Shown: piece by piece, positions 9,848 through 19,927 of the stretch | Layout of the letters: each line of letters begins with the position of its first letter | Position numbering within the stretch: position 1 is the stretch's first letter | Assembly: GCA_016839805.1 (NCBI GenBank) | Contig: JAEOTO010000031.1 | Coordinates: 96,001-160,000, forward strand | DNA from: Candidatus Hermodarchaeota archaeon | GTDB lineage: Archaea; Asgardarchaeota; Hermodarchaeia; Hermodarchaeales; Hermodarchaeaceae | Direction: 5' to 3' | DNA length: 64,000 nt | The notes under the pieces: generated by a model | The model's input: the letters and a program-made list of their open reading frames with translations, nothing else | Database searches by the model: none | What the model was told of the DNA's origin: nothing | Program-made: the position numbers and the translations under genes

Positions 9848-10055
9848 AAGCTCTATGCCGGTGTTAATCTTTCTCACTCAATGGCCCTGCTTGTTCTGTG
9901 GAGTCGGCATTACTGCTACCTCCGGAGACAGGCCCTAGTATTACCCATTTTTGAGGGATTCCAGTTGCCCGCTCCCTTCCTCTGAATATTGAGCCTTCAG
10001 ACATTTCCTGCTCGAAGTCTGGGTATCTTGAGATTGTGGAGAGGCAAATAAACTC
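9848..10055 (-). ncRNA. Candidate structured non-coding RNA or leader (family not recognised)
   Basis: Nested complementary segments and two GNRA-capped hairpins (GCAA, GUAA) on the minus strand, in an intergenic gap. Confidence 0.4.
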
Positions 10056-10077
10056 GTAAGAAAGGGATAGAAGAAAA

Positions 10078-10893
10078 GTGCCGAATAATCCAGCTCCGTA
10101 CATTAGCAAGCGCAGTCTAGCGCAACGAGAAATGAGTAAAGGTGATGGCCAACGGGGACGGTTAACAGATCTTCCCGAAATCACGCTCGCATCAGTGCAA
10201 ACGGACGCTATCGATTCCAAACTGGCAACAGACGTCACAGGAATAATAAGCGCCGGAAAAGAAGCCACCGTATTCTACGCGTTATGGCGAGATTTTCCCC
10301 TAGCCCTCAAGGTTTACCGGCTACATGCAACCCCACACGCGAAGAGTGGCAAGCGTAAGAAAATGGGCGGTGGAAAAAGAGGTTTTTCACAAGACATCAT
10401 GAGCTATTGGGCCTCACGAGAATTCTGGATACTTGACCGGGCATTTCGTGCTGGCATTGATGTTCCTACCCCAGCCCAACACGCAGATAATATGTTCACA
10501 GCACGATTCCTTGGAGACAATGGGACCCCAGCCCCTCTTCTAAAGGACGCAACTATTGAGCATCCGAACCGTCTCTTTGGTGCAATCATCGACCAAATCT
10601 TTGCCTTATACCGGACATTCATCATTCACGGCGATCTCTCAAGCTTTAACATCCTATACTTCCAAAAAGAACCATGGATCATAGACTTTCCACAGGCGAT
10701 TGATTTTGCTTCACGACCTGGACGTCACCGCGTGTTGGAACAAGGACGGCAAATTCTTCTTCGTGACATCACTAATATCGTCAAGTTTTTTGAACGGTAC
10801 GGAATCACTGCTGAAGCTGAAGCCCTATGTGTGGAATGTATGGAACAGGTCGATCTCCATGACTCCTTTAACCCGAAAACCCTCATACGCTAG
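10078..10893 (+). CDS. rio1: RIO1-family atypical Ser/Thr kinase
   Basis: ISAGKEATVF, ALKVYR, W..REF..L, IHGDLSSFNIL, IIDFPQA. Confidence 0.9.
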   Translation: MPNNPAPYISKRSLAQREMSKGDGQRGRLTDLPEITLASVQTDAIDSKLATDVTGIISAGKEATVFYALWRDFPLALKVYRLHATPHAKSGKRKKMGGGKRGFSQDIMSYWASREFWILDRAFRAGIDVPTPAQHADNMFTARFLGDNGTPAPLLKDATIEHPNRLFGAIIDQIFALYRTFIIHGDLSSFNILYFQKEPWIIDFPQAIDFASRPGRHRVLEQGRQILLRDITNIVKFFERYGITAEAEALCVECMEQVDLHDSFNPKTLIR

Positions 10894-11702
10894 GCTGTAG
10901 GAAGAGCGAGCCGATCAGGGTGCGTGTAAACATTCATACGCCCACCCCGTACAAACCCAATCAACGTAATCCCAGCGGCATCCGCTAATTCAATACCCGA
11001 ATCCACGGCTGCACTAATCGATGCCAAAATTGGTATTTGGGCTACAGCCACCTTCAAAACCAAATCCGCAGTGAGACGTCCCGAACACACCATCATAAGT
11101 GAATTAAGATCTTCAGCCTGTTCCAGCCCTTTGCCTATTACTCGGTCTACAGCATTATGCCGACCTACATCCTCCGCAAGAATCACAAGGTCCCCATTTT
11201 GATCCGCTAACGCTGCACCATGAGTTCCTCCCGTTTCACGATATATTTCCATTTCAGCATTCAAGCTCTGCACTGCCTTACGAATTGAGTTTAGCTGCAC
11301 GGAATAAGGTGCTTCAACAGGGGGAAGATCACAAGCTTGCCATGTCCCAATGGCACTTTCCTCTGGGCCACACACCCCCGTTACTAGTCGTGCAGTAGGT
11401 CGAAGAGCTGCTAACTTTTCGCGAATGTTACAAGTCTCTGAAACCCGAACCTTAGCTAGCTGGCTACGAACTGTTATCTGAATAAGATCCAAGGGTGTTG
11501 ATACTAGACGCGATGTAAATAATAATCCCAATATCAGTAATTTCGGCTCATAAGGGATAGTCCGAATAAGGGCAAAGTTTTCCTCTCCCTGTGAATCCAT
11601 TAGGATGATTCGGAGCCCTGTTTCTCGTACAACTGGATCATGGATCTCTGTGCATTGATCTTCTTCACAGCGAAGGATTGGAAATTTTCGCGTTATTACC
11701 AT
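10890..11702 (-). CDS. fdhD: Formate dehydrogenase accessory sulfurtransferase FdhD
   Basis: CG motif, TGGTHGAAL, EDVGRHNAVD, SGR, GITLIGFVRG..MNVY; likely start is the ATG at 11702. Confidence 0.92.
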   Translation of the reverse strand: MVITRKFPILRCEEDQCTEIHDPVVRETGLRIILMDSQGEENFALIRTIPYEPKLLILGLLFTSRLVSTPLDLIQITVRSQLAKVRVSETCNIREKLAALRPTARLVTGVCGPEESAIGTWQACDLPPVEAPYSVQLNSIRKAVQSLNAEMEIYRETGGTHGAALADQNGDLVILAEDVGRHNAVDRVIGKGLEQAEDLNSLMMVCSGRLTADLVLKVAVAQIPILASISAAVDSGIELADAAGITLIGFVRGGRMNVYTHPDRLALPTA

Positions 11703-11853
11703 CGGAATCAACTCATCCAGTACAACTTGGTATCTTAAGCTACTAGAAATAAATACTCGATTATTCGAGCACTCTCTTTTACGCGCTGCGCATGAACAAG
11801 GAAAGAATGAAGCTCTGATATTGTAAAAGCTCTGGATTATTACCGAAATTACG

Positions 11854-12339
11854 ATGAGACAACACGGTCTCATCTACTCACGAATTGGTAAAACCTTGTC
11901 AATAGTGCTAATCTCTGCTATCTGCGTTGTCATACTCCTCATTCTCATTTCCGTTATGTATCAAGTGACGTTTCCCTCAATCTTGAGCTTTGGCTGCTTC
12001 TGGTTTGTATTTCTGTGTTTGGCCTTTCCATTCAGCTTACTAGGTATATCTTATGAACTGAAGGTCGGAGATTTTCGTGTGGTTCCCGTTCCCGCAATCC
12101 TGATCAGTCTCACCCTCTGGGTCGTCTCTGGCGCCATCAATCCGTTGGAGTGTTCCGTTGGAGCTGAAATCTTCAAGTACTTGCCTACTGCTGCAGGATT
12201 TCGAATACTGACTGCAGTCATTTTCAACCGGGGTCTCCAGTACTTCAATGAAGCCCTATTCATCATTGGTGGCTGGTTGATAATCGGACTGATTGCTCTT
12301 GCGATCATTGTCACCAAGAATGTACGTGAAGGTCTCTAG
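11854..12339 (+). CDS. Membrane protein (ABC-2 permease-like C-terminus)
   Basis: 4-5 hydrophobic helices; SGAINPLE..IFKYLP. Confidence 0.55.
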   Translation: MRQHGLIYSRIGKTLSIVLISAICVVILLILISVMYQVTFPSILSFGCFWFVFLCLAFPFSLLGISYELKVGDFRVVPVPAILISLTLWVVSGAINPLECSVGAEIFKYLPTAAGFRILTAVIFNRGLQYFNEALFIIGGWLIIGLIALAIIVTKNVREGL

Positions 12340-12771
12340 CTAACCTGTCATTTCTTTCCATGTAAAGAGCAAGGGAATGAGCACCAGGATCAAGATCGTA
12401 GTATTGAGCATCACATTGATGATGACTCCAAACCACCACGAAATCCCTGTATCTAACAGGTACCATAGGAGTACGCTTACGAGTACACAGTACCAGGCCC
12501 ATCCTTCTTGACTCCTGAAAGGAAAGTAGGCAATGAAGAACATGGTAATCCCCCACCCCATCACGGTTGCACCCCATGCACCATACACCCAGGCTTGAAA
12601 TGCTTGAGCGGGCGATGGGACAGGATTAGCTCCCCAGAACACCGGATTAATCTGAACATTGAAGAAGGCGAACACAATTGTCGAATTCAGTAATGCCATA
12701 ATTGTACCAAAGGCGATAATGAAGATACTCACGACTAGCAGCCAGTAACGCCACAATCGGAAATATGACAT
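12340..12771 (-). CDS. Four-TM membrane protein
   Basis: GAWGATVMGWG, WAW...S...WY..DT..S pattern of a conserved small membrane family. Confidence 0.7.
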   Translation of the reverse strand: MSYFRLWRYWLLVVSIFIIAFGTIMALLNSTIVFAFFNVQINPVFWGANPVPSPAQAFQAWVYGAWGATVMGWGITMFFIAYFPFRSQEGWAWYCVLVSVLLWYLLDTGISWWFGVIINVMLNTTILILVLIPLLFTWKEMTG

Positions 12772-12843
12772 AAGGTAAACCTCAATTACTCTCTATGAGG
12801 TGCTAGGGATTATAAGCGTGAACTATGCAGACTATTCTCACAG

Positions 12844-13575
12844 GTGAAAAGACAAATGAAGATTCTGGCCCTCAATAGTAGTCCTCGAAAAGCGCGGGGT
12901 GGTACATCCCTTTTACTCAAGACATTCCTTGAAGGTGCTAAGGAGGCTGGAGCCGAGATTGCCCTCTTGTATGTCCATGACCTTAAAATCAAGCCCTGTC
13001 AAGGCTGTTTTGCTTGCTGGGTTAAAACCCCAGGTATTTGTGTCCAAAAAGATGACATGCAAGACCTGTTAGCAAAATGGCAAAAGGCAGATGTATTGGT
13101 ACTTGCCACACCAGTGTTTGTGGATGGAATGACAAGCACGATGAAAGCAGTGCTGGACAGGTCGATTCCGTTGGTGCAGCCTTTCTTTGAAATCCGCGAC
13201 GACCATTGCCGTCATCCTCTCTTACATGACCGGAAACCCATCAAGGTGGTTTTGGTCTCGGTTTCTGGTTTTACCGAATTGGATAATTTCGATCCATTGC
13301 TAGCTCACATTAAGGGATTCTGCAAGAATTTGAGCGGGGAATTTGTTGGTGCGATTCTTCGTCCGCTAGGAGCTCAACTCGAGGGGTTCAAACGCATGGG
13401 ATTACCTGTCGATGATATCTTTGACACCATCAAACAAGCCGGCAAAGAACTTATCCAAAAGGGGAGAATTAATTCTAAGATGCAAGAGAATATTAGTCGG
13501 GAGATTGTCCCCCGGGTGGAATACATAAAACGTCTGAATGCCGGTTTTCAACAGCAAATTGATGCCAACAAATAA
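12844..13575 (+). CDS. Iron-sulfur flavoprotein / NADPH-dependent FMN reductase (flavodoxin family)
   Basis: NSSPRK..G.T, CQGCFACW...G.C..KDDM, ATPVF....MKAVLDR. Confidence 0.9.
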   Translation: MKRQMKILALNSSPRKARGGTSLLLKTFLEGAKEAGAEIALLYVHDLKIKPCQGCFACWVKTPGICVQKDDMQDLLAKWQKADVLVLATPVFVDGMTSTMKAVLDRSIPLVQPFFEIRDDHCRHPLLHDRKPIKVVLVSVSGFTELDNFDPLLAHIKGFCKNLSGEFVGAILRPLGAQLEGFKRMGLPVDDIFDTIKQAGKELIQKGRINSKMQENISREIVPRVEYIKRLNAGFQQQIDANK

Positions 13576-13592
13576 GCCGTATATAGACTAGC

Positions 13593-14252
13593 CTACGTTC
13601 TGGTTTTATTGTGAGTCTTTTTCTTTCGTCTTAACGGAGGGAAGAGACGGCCTGTGCGTTCCATATAGTCTCGATATTCATCGCCAAATTGTTCAATCAT
13701 CATCTCTTCCTCAACGCGCATACGAGATGTAACCACAATCAGACCAAGAAGAATAATGACTAAGAGAATAATGTTGAGGCAAATGAGGAACAATCCGAGG
13801 TTAAAGATGAAGTAGACCAGGTACATGGGATGGCGGATGTATTTGTATGGACCACTTGTGATTAGCGTATGACCTTCTTTGATTTCCAATGTTCCGGAGA
13901 CTTGTCGACCTAGATGGATGCCCACGCACGTAATCCCAAATATCATTGCTATACAGATTACCACACCTATCCATTGAATCCAAGCTAAATTTACTAAAAT
14001 CAGTTGAGTGACCGGAGGTATCAGGAAGGGAAACAGACTCCAGATTACAATAAACACAATCATAGCATAGACTACTACTATTCGTAAAATCACCAACCAC
14101 TTACTCTCGTATTTTACCTGATCAGTCCACCGTTCTTTTCGAGTTCGTTTCTGCCCAGGGGGTCGAGCTTTACGACCATAATATCCGCGAATCACCATGA
14201 ATACGATGAAGAGCATAAGCACCGCGAATTGAAAGAAAAGCGGTTCAAACAT
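13593..14252 (-). CDS. Isoprenylcysteine carboxyl methyltransferase (ICMT/PEMT) family protein
   Basis: H.LITSGPYKYIRHPMY, R...EE..M..QFG.EY..YM..T.R..P. Confidence 0.9.
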   Translation of the reverse strand: MFEPLFFQFAVLMLFIVFMVIRGYYGRKARPPGQKRTRKERWTDQVKYESKWLVILRIVVVYAMIVFIVIWSLFPFLIPPVTQLILVNLAWIQWIGVVICIAMIFGITCVGIHLGRQVSGTLEIKEGHTLITSGPYKYIRHPMYLVYFIFNLGLFLICLNIILLVIILLGLIVVTSRMRVEEEMMIEQFGDEYRDYMERTGRLFPPLRRKKKTHNKTRT

Positions 14253-14418
14253 GATAACAACAGCCTCCAAGTTAAGAAGTCTATCCTAAAAACAAGCATA
14301 TAAGCGGTTACACAAGTGCTATCGGAGCTTAGATATTAATGTTAACTGCGTTACAGAAAATCACTTAAGAACTTCAACGATAAAGCTCAGTTGCATTTGT
14401 GGATCAGGATGGAGTCTA

Positions 14419-16083
14419 ATGAAACGTGAACCGATTCGAGCCTACCGTGGTACCAAATTACATTGTAAGAATTGGCAGATCGAAGCCATTATTCGTATGC
14501 TCCAAAACAATTTGGATCCTGATGTGGCGAAGGATTGGGAGAATCTCATCGTGTATGGTGGCATCGGTCAAGCGGCTAGGAACTGGGATTGTTTCGATAA
14601 GATTGTGGAAACGCTGCTTGAGCTAGAGCCCGATGAAACGATGTTGGTTCAGTCTGGTAAGCCTGTCGCAGTTTTTAAGACCCACTCGGATGCGCCGCGT
14701 GCCCTCATCGCGAATTCTTTAATCGTTCCGTTCTGGGCTACTGAAGAGAACTTCCATAAGCTGTACAAGCAGGGCTTGACCATGTTCGGACAAATGACCG
14801 CAGGGTCCTGGATTTACATCGCGACTCAAGGAATCCTTCAAGGAACCTTTGAAACCTTTGCCGCAGTCGCAGACCGTCATTTTGGGGGTACTCTGAGAGG
14901 GAAACTGACACTCACTGGTGGCGTTGGAGCAATGGGTGGTGCACAACCATTGGCAGTTACATTCAATGAGGGCGTGGTCATTGCTGTTGATGTTGATGAA
15001 GCTGCCATCGATAAGAGGATGCGCGCCGGTTATTGTGAATTGAAAACTGATAGCCTTGACGAAGCGATATCCCTTGCTGAAGAAGCATTAGAAAAGCAAA
15101 TTCCCCGATCAATCGGGTTGGTCGGTAACACTGCTGAAACACACCCTGAAATCGTCAAACGTGGAATCAAAATAGATGTAGTAACCGACCAAACCGCCGC
15201 ACATGACCCATTAACAGGGTATTATCCAACAAGATATAGCAAGGAAGAAGCAGACCAGTTGCGAGAAAAGGACCCTGAGGACTATATTCGCCATTCGAAA
15301 GAGTCAATGCTCCACCATGTCAAGGCAATACTTCAACTCCAAGAACAAGGAACGATAGCGTTTGATTACGGGAATAACCTTCGGCAGCATGCAAGGAAAA
15401 TTGCTTGGGATGAGAAAAAGAACCGATGGAAGTATCCAGGTTTTGTCGAAGCGTATATTCGTCCGTTGTTCTGTGAAGGGAGGGGCCCCTTCCGATGGGT
15501 TGCTTTGTCCGGTGAACCTGCTGATATTTACAGAACGGATGATTTGATTCTCGAACTCTTCCCTGACAATAACATTTTGAAACGCTGGATTAAACTAGCA
15601 CATGAAAAGGTGCAGTTCGAAGGACTTCCTGCCCGGGTGTGTTGGCTTGGATATGGTGAACGGGCTAAGTTTGGCAAAGCTCTCAACGACTTGGTAGCAA
15701 GTGGAGAACTGAAAGCACCAATCGTTATCGGTCGTGACCATCTTGATGCCGGTTCTGTAGCTTCCCCGAATCGTGAAACAGAAAGCATGCGTGATGGTAG
15801 CGATGCGATTGCTGATTGGCCTGTATTGAATGTCCTTATCAATGCGGTCGCAGGGGCTACCTGGGTATCGCTGCATCAAGGTGGAGGTGTGGGCATTCCC
15901 TATGCTATCTCTGCTGGGCAAGTTTCAGTTGCAGATGGCACCAAAGAAGCTGAAAGAAGGTTACTTCGGGTGTTGACTACAGATCCTGGGATGGGTGTTG
16001 TTCGCCATGTTGATGCTGGGTATCCAGAAGCGATTAGTTTTGCCAAAAAACTGGGAATGAAAATCCCCTTTCTTAATCCATAG
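14419..16083 (+). CDS. hutU: Urocanate hydratase
   Basis: [53 protein letters not shown]. Confidence 0.98.
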   Translation: MKREPIRAYRGTKLHCKNWQIEAIIRMLQNNLDPDVAKDWENLIVYGGIGQAARNWDCFDKIVETLLELEPDETMLVQSGKPVAVFKTHSDAPRALIANSLIVPFWATEENFHKLYKQGLTMFGQMTAGSWIYIATQGILQGTFETFAAVADRHFGGTLRGKLTLTGGVGAMGGAQPLAVTFNEGVVIAVDVDEAAIDKRMRAGYCELKTDSLDEAISLAEEALEKQIPRSIGLVGNTAETHPEIVKRGIKIDVVTDQTAAHDPLTGYYPTRYSKEEADQLREKDPEDYIRHSKESMLHHVKAILQLQEQGTIAFDYGNNLRQHARKIAWDEKKNRWKYPGFVEAYIRPLFCEGRGPFRWVALSGEPADIYRTDDLILELFPDNNILKRWIKLAHEKVQFEGLPARVCWLGYGERAKFGKALNDLVASGELKAPIVIGRDHLDAGSVASPNRETESMRDGSDAIADWPVLNVLINAVAGATWVSLHQGGGVGIPYAISAGQVSVADGTKEAERRLLRVLTTDPGMGVVRHVDAGYPEAISFAKKLGMKIPFLNP

Positions 16084-16085
16084 AG

Positions 16086-17045
16086 ATGGTGAGATATACG
16101 ATGGAACGAATTGTTGAATGTGTACCGAATTTCAGTATTGGTGATGATGCAAAAACCATTGAGATGATTGTGAATGTTATTCGTCAAACTGAAGGCGTCT
16201 ATTTGCTTGATTATGAACACGATACTGCCTATAACCGATTAGTGGTAACTTATTTCGGTGAACCGGAAGCCACCAAAAAGGCTATGCTTAATGCAGGACG
16301 AGTCGCCGTCGAACGCATTGATATGCGGAAACACCAGGGTCAACACCCTCGTATCGGAGCTTTGGATGTTGCTCCATTTGTGCCTATTAAAAACATCACT
16401 GTCGAAGAATGTATCAACCTGTCCAAGGAATTTGCTAAGGCTTTTGCAGAAGAGCACAAAGTTCCCGTGTATTTGTATGGTGAAGCAGCTGAAACTCCGG
16501 AGAAAGGGGATGTGGATTGGATTCGTAAGGGTGAATGGGAAGCTCTTGCGGAGAATATGAAAGACCCGGAGCGAAAACCAGCTTTTGGCCCAGTAAAACC
16601 ACATCCTACTGCTGGAGCTACGATGACTGGTGCCCGAGAAGTCATGGTCGGGTTAAATATCAACCTAGGGACTACGGATCTCCGTATCGCAAAAGCTGTG
16701 GCAAAAGCGATTCACCGGAAGAAGGGAGGATTAGTACGAATCAAGGCAATGGGCTGTCTATGGGAAGACCGAGGAATTACCCAAATAGGGATTACGAACA
16801 CCGATTTTCGTAAATCACCGTTATATCGACAGATGGAATTAGTTAAAATCGAAGCCGCCCGATATGGAGTTCAGGTTGTTGGTGCTGAGTTTTGTGGACT
16901 CGTACCAATTGACGCACTAGTTGATGTAACCAATTACTATCTTCGACTTGAAGGATTCTCAAAATCGGATTTGCTAGAAGTCGCCATTGACCGAAAACTT
17001 GCAGAACTCAACCCAAAACACGCTAGCACCATCTCATGTAAATAA
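16086..17045 (+). CDS. ftcD: Glutamate formimidoyltransferase (formiminotransferase domain only)
   Basis: ECVPNFS, IDMRKHQGQHPRIGALDVAPFVP, HPTAGA..GAR; the plus strand reads ATG GTG AGA TAT at 16086, so the track's minus label is wrong. Confidence 0.95.
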   Translation: MVRYTMERIVECVPNFSIGDDAKTIEMIVNVIRQTEGVYLLDYEHDTAYNRLVVTYFGEPEATKKAMLNAGRVAVERIDMRKHQGQHPRIGALDVAPFVPIKNITVEECINLSKEFAKAFAEEHKVPVYLYGEAAETPEKGDVDWIRKGEWEALAENMKDPERKPAFGPVKPHPTAGATMTGAREVMVGLNINLGTTDLRIAKAVAKAIHRKKGGLVRIKAMGCLWEDRGITQIGITNTDFRKSPLYRQMELVKIEAARYGVQVVGAEFCGLVPIDALVDVTNYYLRLEGFSKSDLLEVAIDRKLAELNPKHASTISCK

Positions 17046-17076
17046 AGTGGCTATTTAATAGGCTCAAATACCTTGT

Positions 17077-18354
17077 TTGGTAACAATGACACGTTTACAA
17101 TTAGACATGGTCATTTTAAACGCTGCAGAACTTCTCACGCTTGCAGGAGCAAGCCATACTCCTAAACTAGGCAAGGAAATGAATGAGTTGGGGATTATCG
17201 AAGATGGTGGTGTAGCGATCCGTGGGAACCAGATCGTAGCCGTGGATACCACGAAGAACATCAAACGTCTCGTCAAACCAGGAAGTCATCCACAGATTAT
17301 TGATGCGACAAATAAAACCGTTTTACCTGGCTTAATTGACCCTCACGCTCATCTAGCCTTCGCTGGGAGCCGAGAACGGGAATTTGTACAAAGACTTCAA
17401 GGCGCAACGTATATGGAAATCCTCGAAGCGGGTGGAGGAATCAACGTCACGGTCAAAGCTACCCATAAAGCTAGACGAAGCACCTTGGTTCGACTAAGTC
17501 AACAAATTTTGAATCGAATGCTCGAATATGGCACAACTACAGTTGAAGGAAAATCAGGTTATGGCTTAGATCCAAAACACGAATACAAACAATTGCTAGC
17601 TATCCGTGATTTGAACCTAATTCACCCTATTGATGTGGTACCCACGTTTATGGGAGCTCATGTCGTCCCACCGAAGTACAAGTATTGCTCCGAGGAGTAT
17701 GTCAAACTTGTTATGGAAAAGATGATTCCTACCGTGGCAAAAAAAGGGCTTGCGGAATTTTGTGATGTTTTTGCTGAACAAGACGTTTTCACAATCGATC
17801 AAGCACGGCGCATCCTCAATCAGGGTAAAAAATATGGGCTCATTCCAAAAGTGCATGCCGACGAGATGACTACACTTGGAGGAGCGGAATTAGCCGCAGA
17901 AGTCGGTGCAATATCCGCGGATCATCTCTTAAAAGTCTCGAATAAAGGGATCCAAGCCCTCGCAAAGGCACAAATTGTCGCGGTATTATTGCCCGCAACG
18001 GCGTTTGTACTCATGGAGAAGGAATATGCCCCCGCAAGGAAACTAATAGATGCAGGGGTTCCAATTGCTTTGGCCACCGATTTTAATCCTAATTGTATGA
18101 CAGAGTCAATGCAATTAGTAATGACCCTCGCTTGTTTGAATATGCGTATGACCCCGGCTGAAGCCATCTCAGCTGCAACGATTAATGCAGCCCATGCGAT
18201 AAATCGAACACATATTGTAGGAAGTTTGGAACCCAATAAACAAGCAGATATCCTAGTGGTGGATGCACCGAATCACGCTTATATTCCATACCATTTTGGT
18301 GTTAATCTGGTCAATACGGTCATTAAAAGTGGAAAAATCGCTTTTTCTTGTTAA
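17077..18354 (+). CDS. hutI: Imidazolonepropionase
   Basis: PGLIDPHAH..FAGSR..EF, GTTTVE.KSGYGL, KVHADE, SADHL, ALATDFNP. Confidence 0.97.
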   Translation: MVTMTRLQLDMVILNAAELLTLAGASHTPKLGKEMNELGIIEDGGVAIRGNQIVAVDTTKNIKRLVKPGSHPQIIDATNKTVLPGLIDPHAHLAFAGSREREFVQRLQGATYMEILEAGGGINVTVKATHKARRSTLVRLSQQILNRMLEYGTTTVEGKSGYGLDPKHEYKQLLAIRDLNLIHPIDVVPTFMGAHVVPPKYKYCSEEYVKLVMEKMIPTVAKKGLAEFCDVFAEQDVFTIDQARRILNQGKKYGLIPKVHADEMTTLGGAELAAEVGAISADHLLKVSNKGIQALAKAQIVAVLLPATAFVLMEKEYAPARKLIDAGVPIALATDFNPNCMTESMQLVMTLACLNMRMTPAEAISAATINAAHAINRTHIVGSLEPNKQADILVVDAPNHAYIPYHFGVNLVNTVIKSGKIAFSC

Positions 18355-18635
18355 TTAGCTGTTTTATGGTTTTTGTCGGTTTTTTCTTAACTATTTAGAA
18401 GAAACGAAGTATGATAATACAAAAACCTACGTTTTTCTATGCCAAGAACAATCCATTACACTTTATATCAAGTACTAGCCTATACACCCGCGAGGTACCT
18501 GGTTTCCAACGGATTCTAGGATTGAACAGAACTAGCGGGATATTACGAGATACCTACCTCCATAAGGAGTAGGGAGCAGGCTTAATACCATGCATAATCT
18601 CCACAAAAAACCAAACCTCAAAACGAGGAAAAGAA

Positions 18636-19118
18636 ATGGATAAATCAAAGGCAACAAGAGTACTAATGATTACAGCGATCACCGTCGCGTTCATAGCAAT
18701 CGCACTTGCCCTCACCCCAAATACCACTTCAGTTAAAGGAACTGCCCCATCTTTATCCGGTATAGAACTTTGCAAGCACTTTGAATACACATACTTACTT
18801 GAAAGTGAAGGCTGGAAGGAAACCGATATTTACATTGAAGGTCTTGAAGTCTGGCTGTATAAGGCAGATTGCGGAAACCTAATTTGGGTTGGTACTACCG
18901 ATGAGATGGGTAACATCTGCTGGGATGGTTTAACTGAGGGCGGATATTACATCGAATATTGGTGGAATGGCGATTATTACAAGGAAAGCATTTACTTGTG
19001 CTGCAATGCAAGATATTGGGAGTTTGAAGACAACTATCTCCCGCCGAAAGGTAAAGACGGGGCCTTTTCTTCCTTTTCCTCTGAAGTGGCATCTCCAACT
19101 CGATTTTTACTGAGTTGA
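18636..19118 (+). CDS. Secreted/exported Cys-containing protein (prealbumin/Ig-like fold)
   Basis: N-terminal signal-like hydrophobic stretch; GLEVWLY..G.TDEMG...W.GL.EG.Y resembles carboxypeptidase-regulatory-like domains. Confidence 0.6.
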   Translation: MDKSKATRVLMITAITVAFIAIALALTPNTTSVKGTAPSLSGIELCKHFEYTYLLESEGWKETDIYIEGLEVWLYKADCGNLIWVGTTDEMGNICWDGLTEGGYYIEYWWNGDYYKESIYLCCNARYWEFEDNYLPPKGKDGAFSSFSSEVASPTRFLLS

Positions 19119-19186
19119 GAGATGCTTTATTCTTTTTTTAAAAAAAATTCATCTTGAGATAATTTTTCAGGAGTATTTTTTGATTA

Positions 19187-19636
19187 TCATTTCGTTTCAA
19201 CTGGAATAGTCAAATGATGTGGACCTGAACGCAGTATCTCCTGACCCTTCTTATTGGACCCGATAATTAAAAATTCGATTTGCAGGTGGGGTGTTCTCGA
19301 TAGAGCGAGGTGTGGGCGATAGTGGAATGGGAAAGTTAGCTTCGTTGTAACATGGCTGCCGATTCCCTTTCCGACCGCCTTCTGAAGAGTTTCTTTTGTG
19401 TGTTTTATTCGGCTCTTCCCAATCATTTGCGAGCTTATTGATTTGAATTGGAGCAACTTTGATGATGATCTAACCTTAACTTGAATATGAAGAAAGGATT
19501 CAGAAATATTTTTTATCGTAAATTGAATTTGGGAACGGATAATTCGTCGTCTGGGCCATTTTTTTAGCCTTGGCATTGAAATTGCCCAACTAATCATACC
19601 TTCACATGTACCTTGTTTGTAGAAGATAGGGTTCAC
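19187..19636 (-). CDS. Basic hypothetical protein
   Basis: 149-aa ORF, K/R-rich, no motif recognised. Confidence 0.45.
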   Translation of the reverse strand: MNPIFYKQGTCEGMISWAISMPRLKKWPRRRIIRSQIQFTIKNISESFLHIQVKVRSSSKLLQFKSISSQMIGKSRIKHTKETLQKAVGKGIGSHVTTKLTFPFHYRPHLALSRTPHLQIEFLIIGSNKKGQEILRSGPHHLTIPVETK

Positions 19637-19927
19637 CCCGATTTTCCCAAAGGTATATTCTGCCTAATTTAACTATAAATAGATTAATTTGTGTTAGCAA
19701 TGGGCGTTAGATGCGATTCTGGTATTATATGCCATCAAAGGGGGAAAGCTCTCTAAAAAATCCTGAAATATTATTGGTTTTAAAATATTTTATCGAATAA
19801 CCGCATTTATTTGGAAAATATTATCGTTTCACTTCAATACAGTGGAAAATAAGGTTAAAATCAAACGCAAAGCCTTTTACCCTGTAAGCGTGCATAATTC
19901 GGAACAAGGTTTCCGAGGGATTTCACG

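Noticed and set aside
9954-9985. Minus-strand GGAAGGGAGC resembling SRP RNA helix 8
   Set aside because: The required upstream CAGG-CCC half is absent and there is no Alu domain; RNase P conserved regions are not recognisable either
9864-10268. 134-aa minus-strand ORF
   Set aside because: Overlaps rio1 in antisense and has no protein-like features; the region is better explained as non-coding
13593-14252. ICMT as evidence of eukaryote-like prenylation
   Set aside because: The family is widespread in prokaryotes, and the GTPase in this window has no CaaX tail
16086-17045. ORF track lists this 319-aa ORF on the minus strand
   Set aside because: The plus strand reads ATG GTG AGA TAT ACG ATG GAA (MVRYTME) at 16086 and the gene is co-oriented with hutU and hutI, so it is annotated as +
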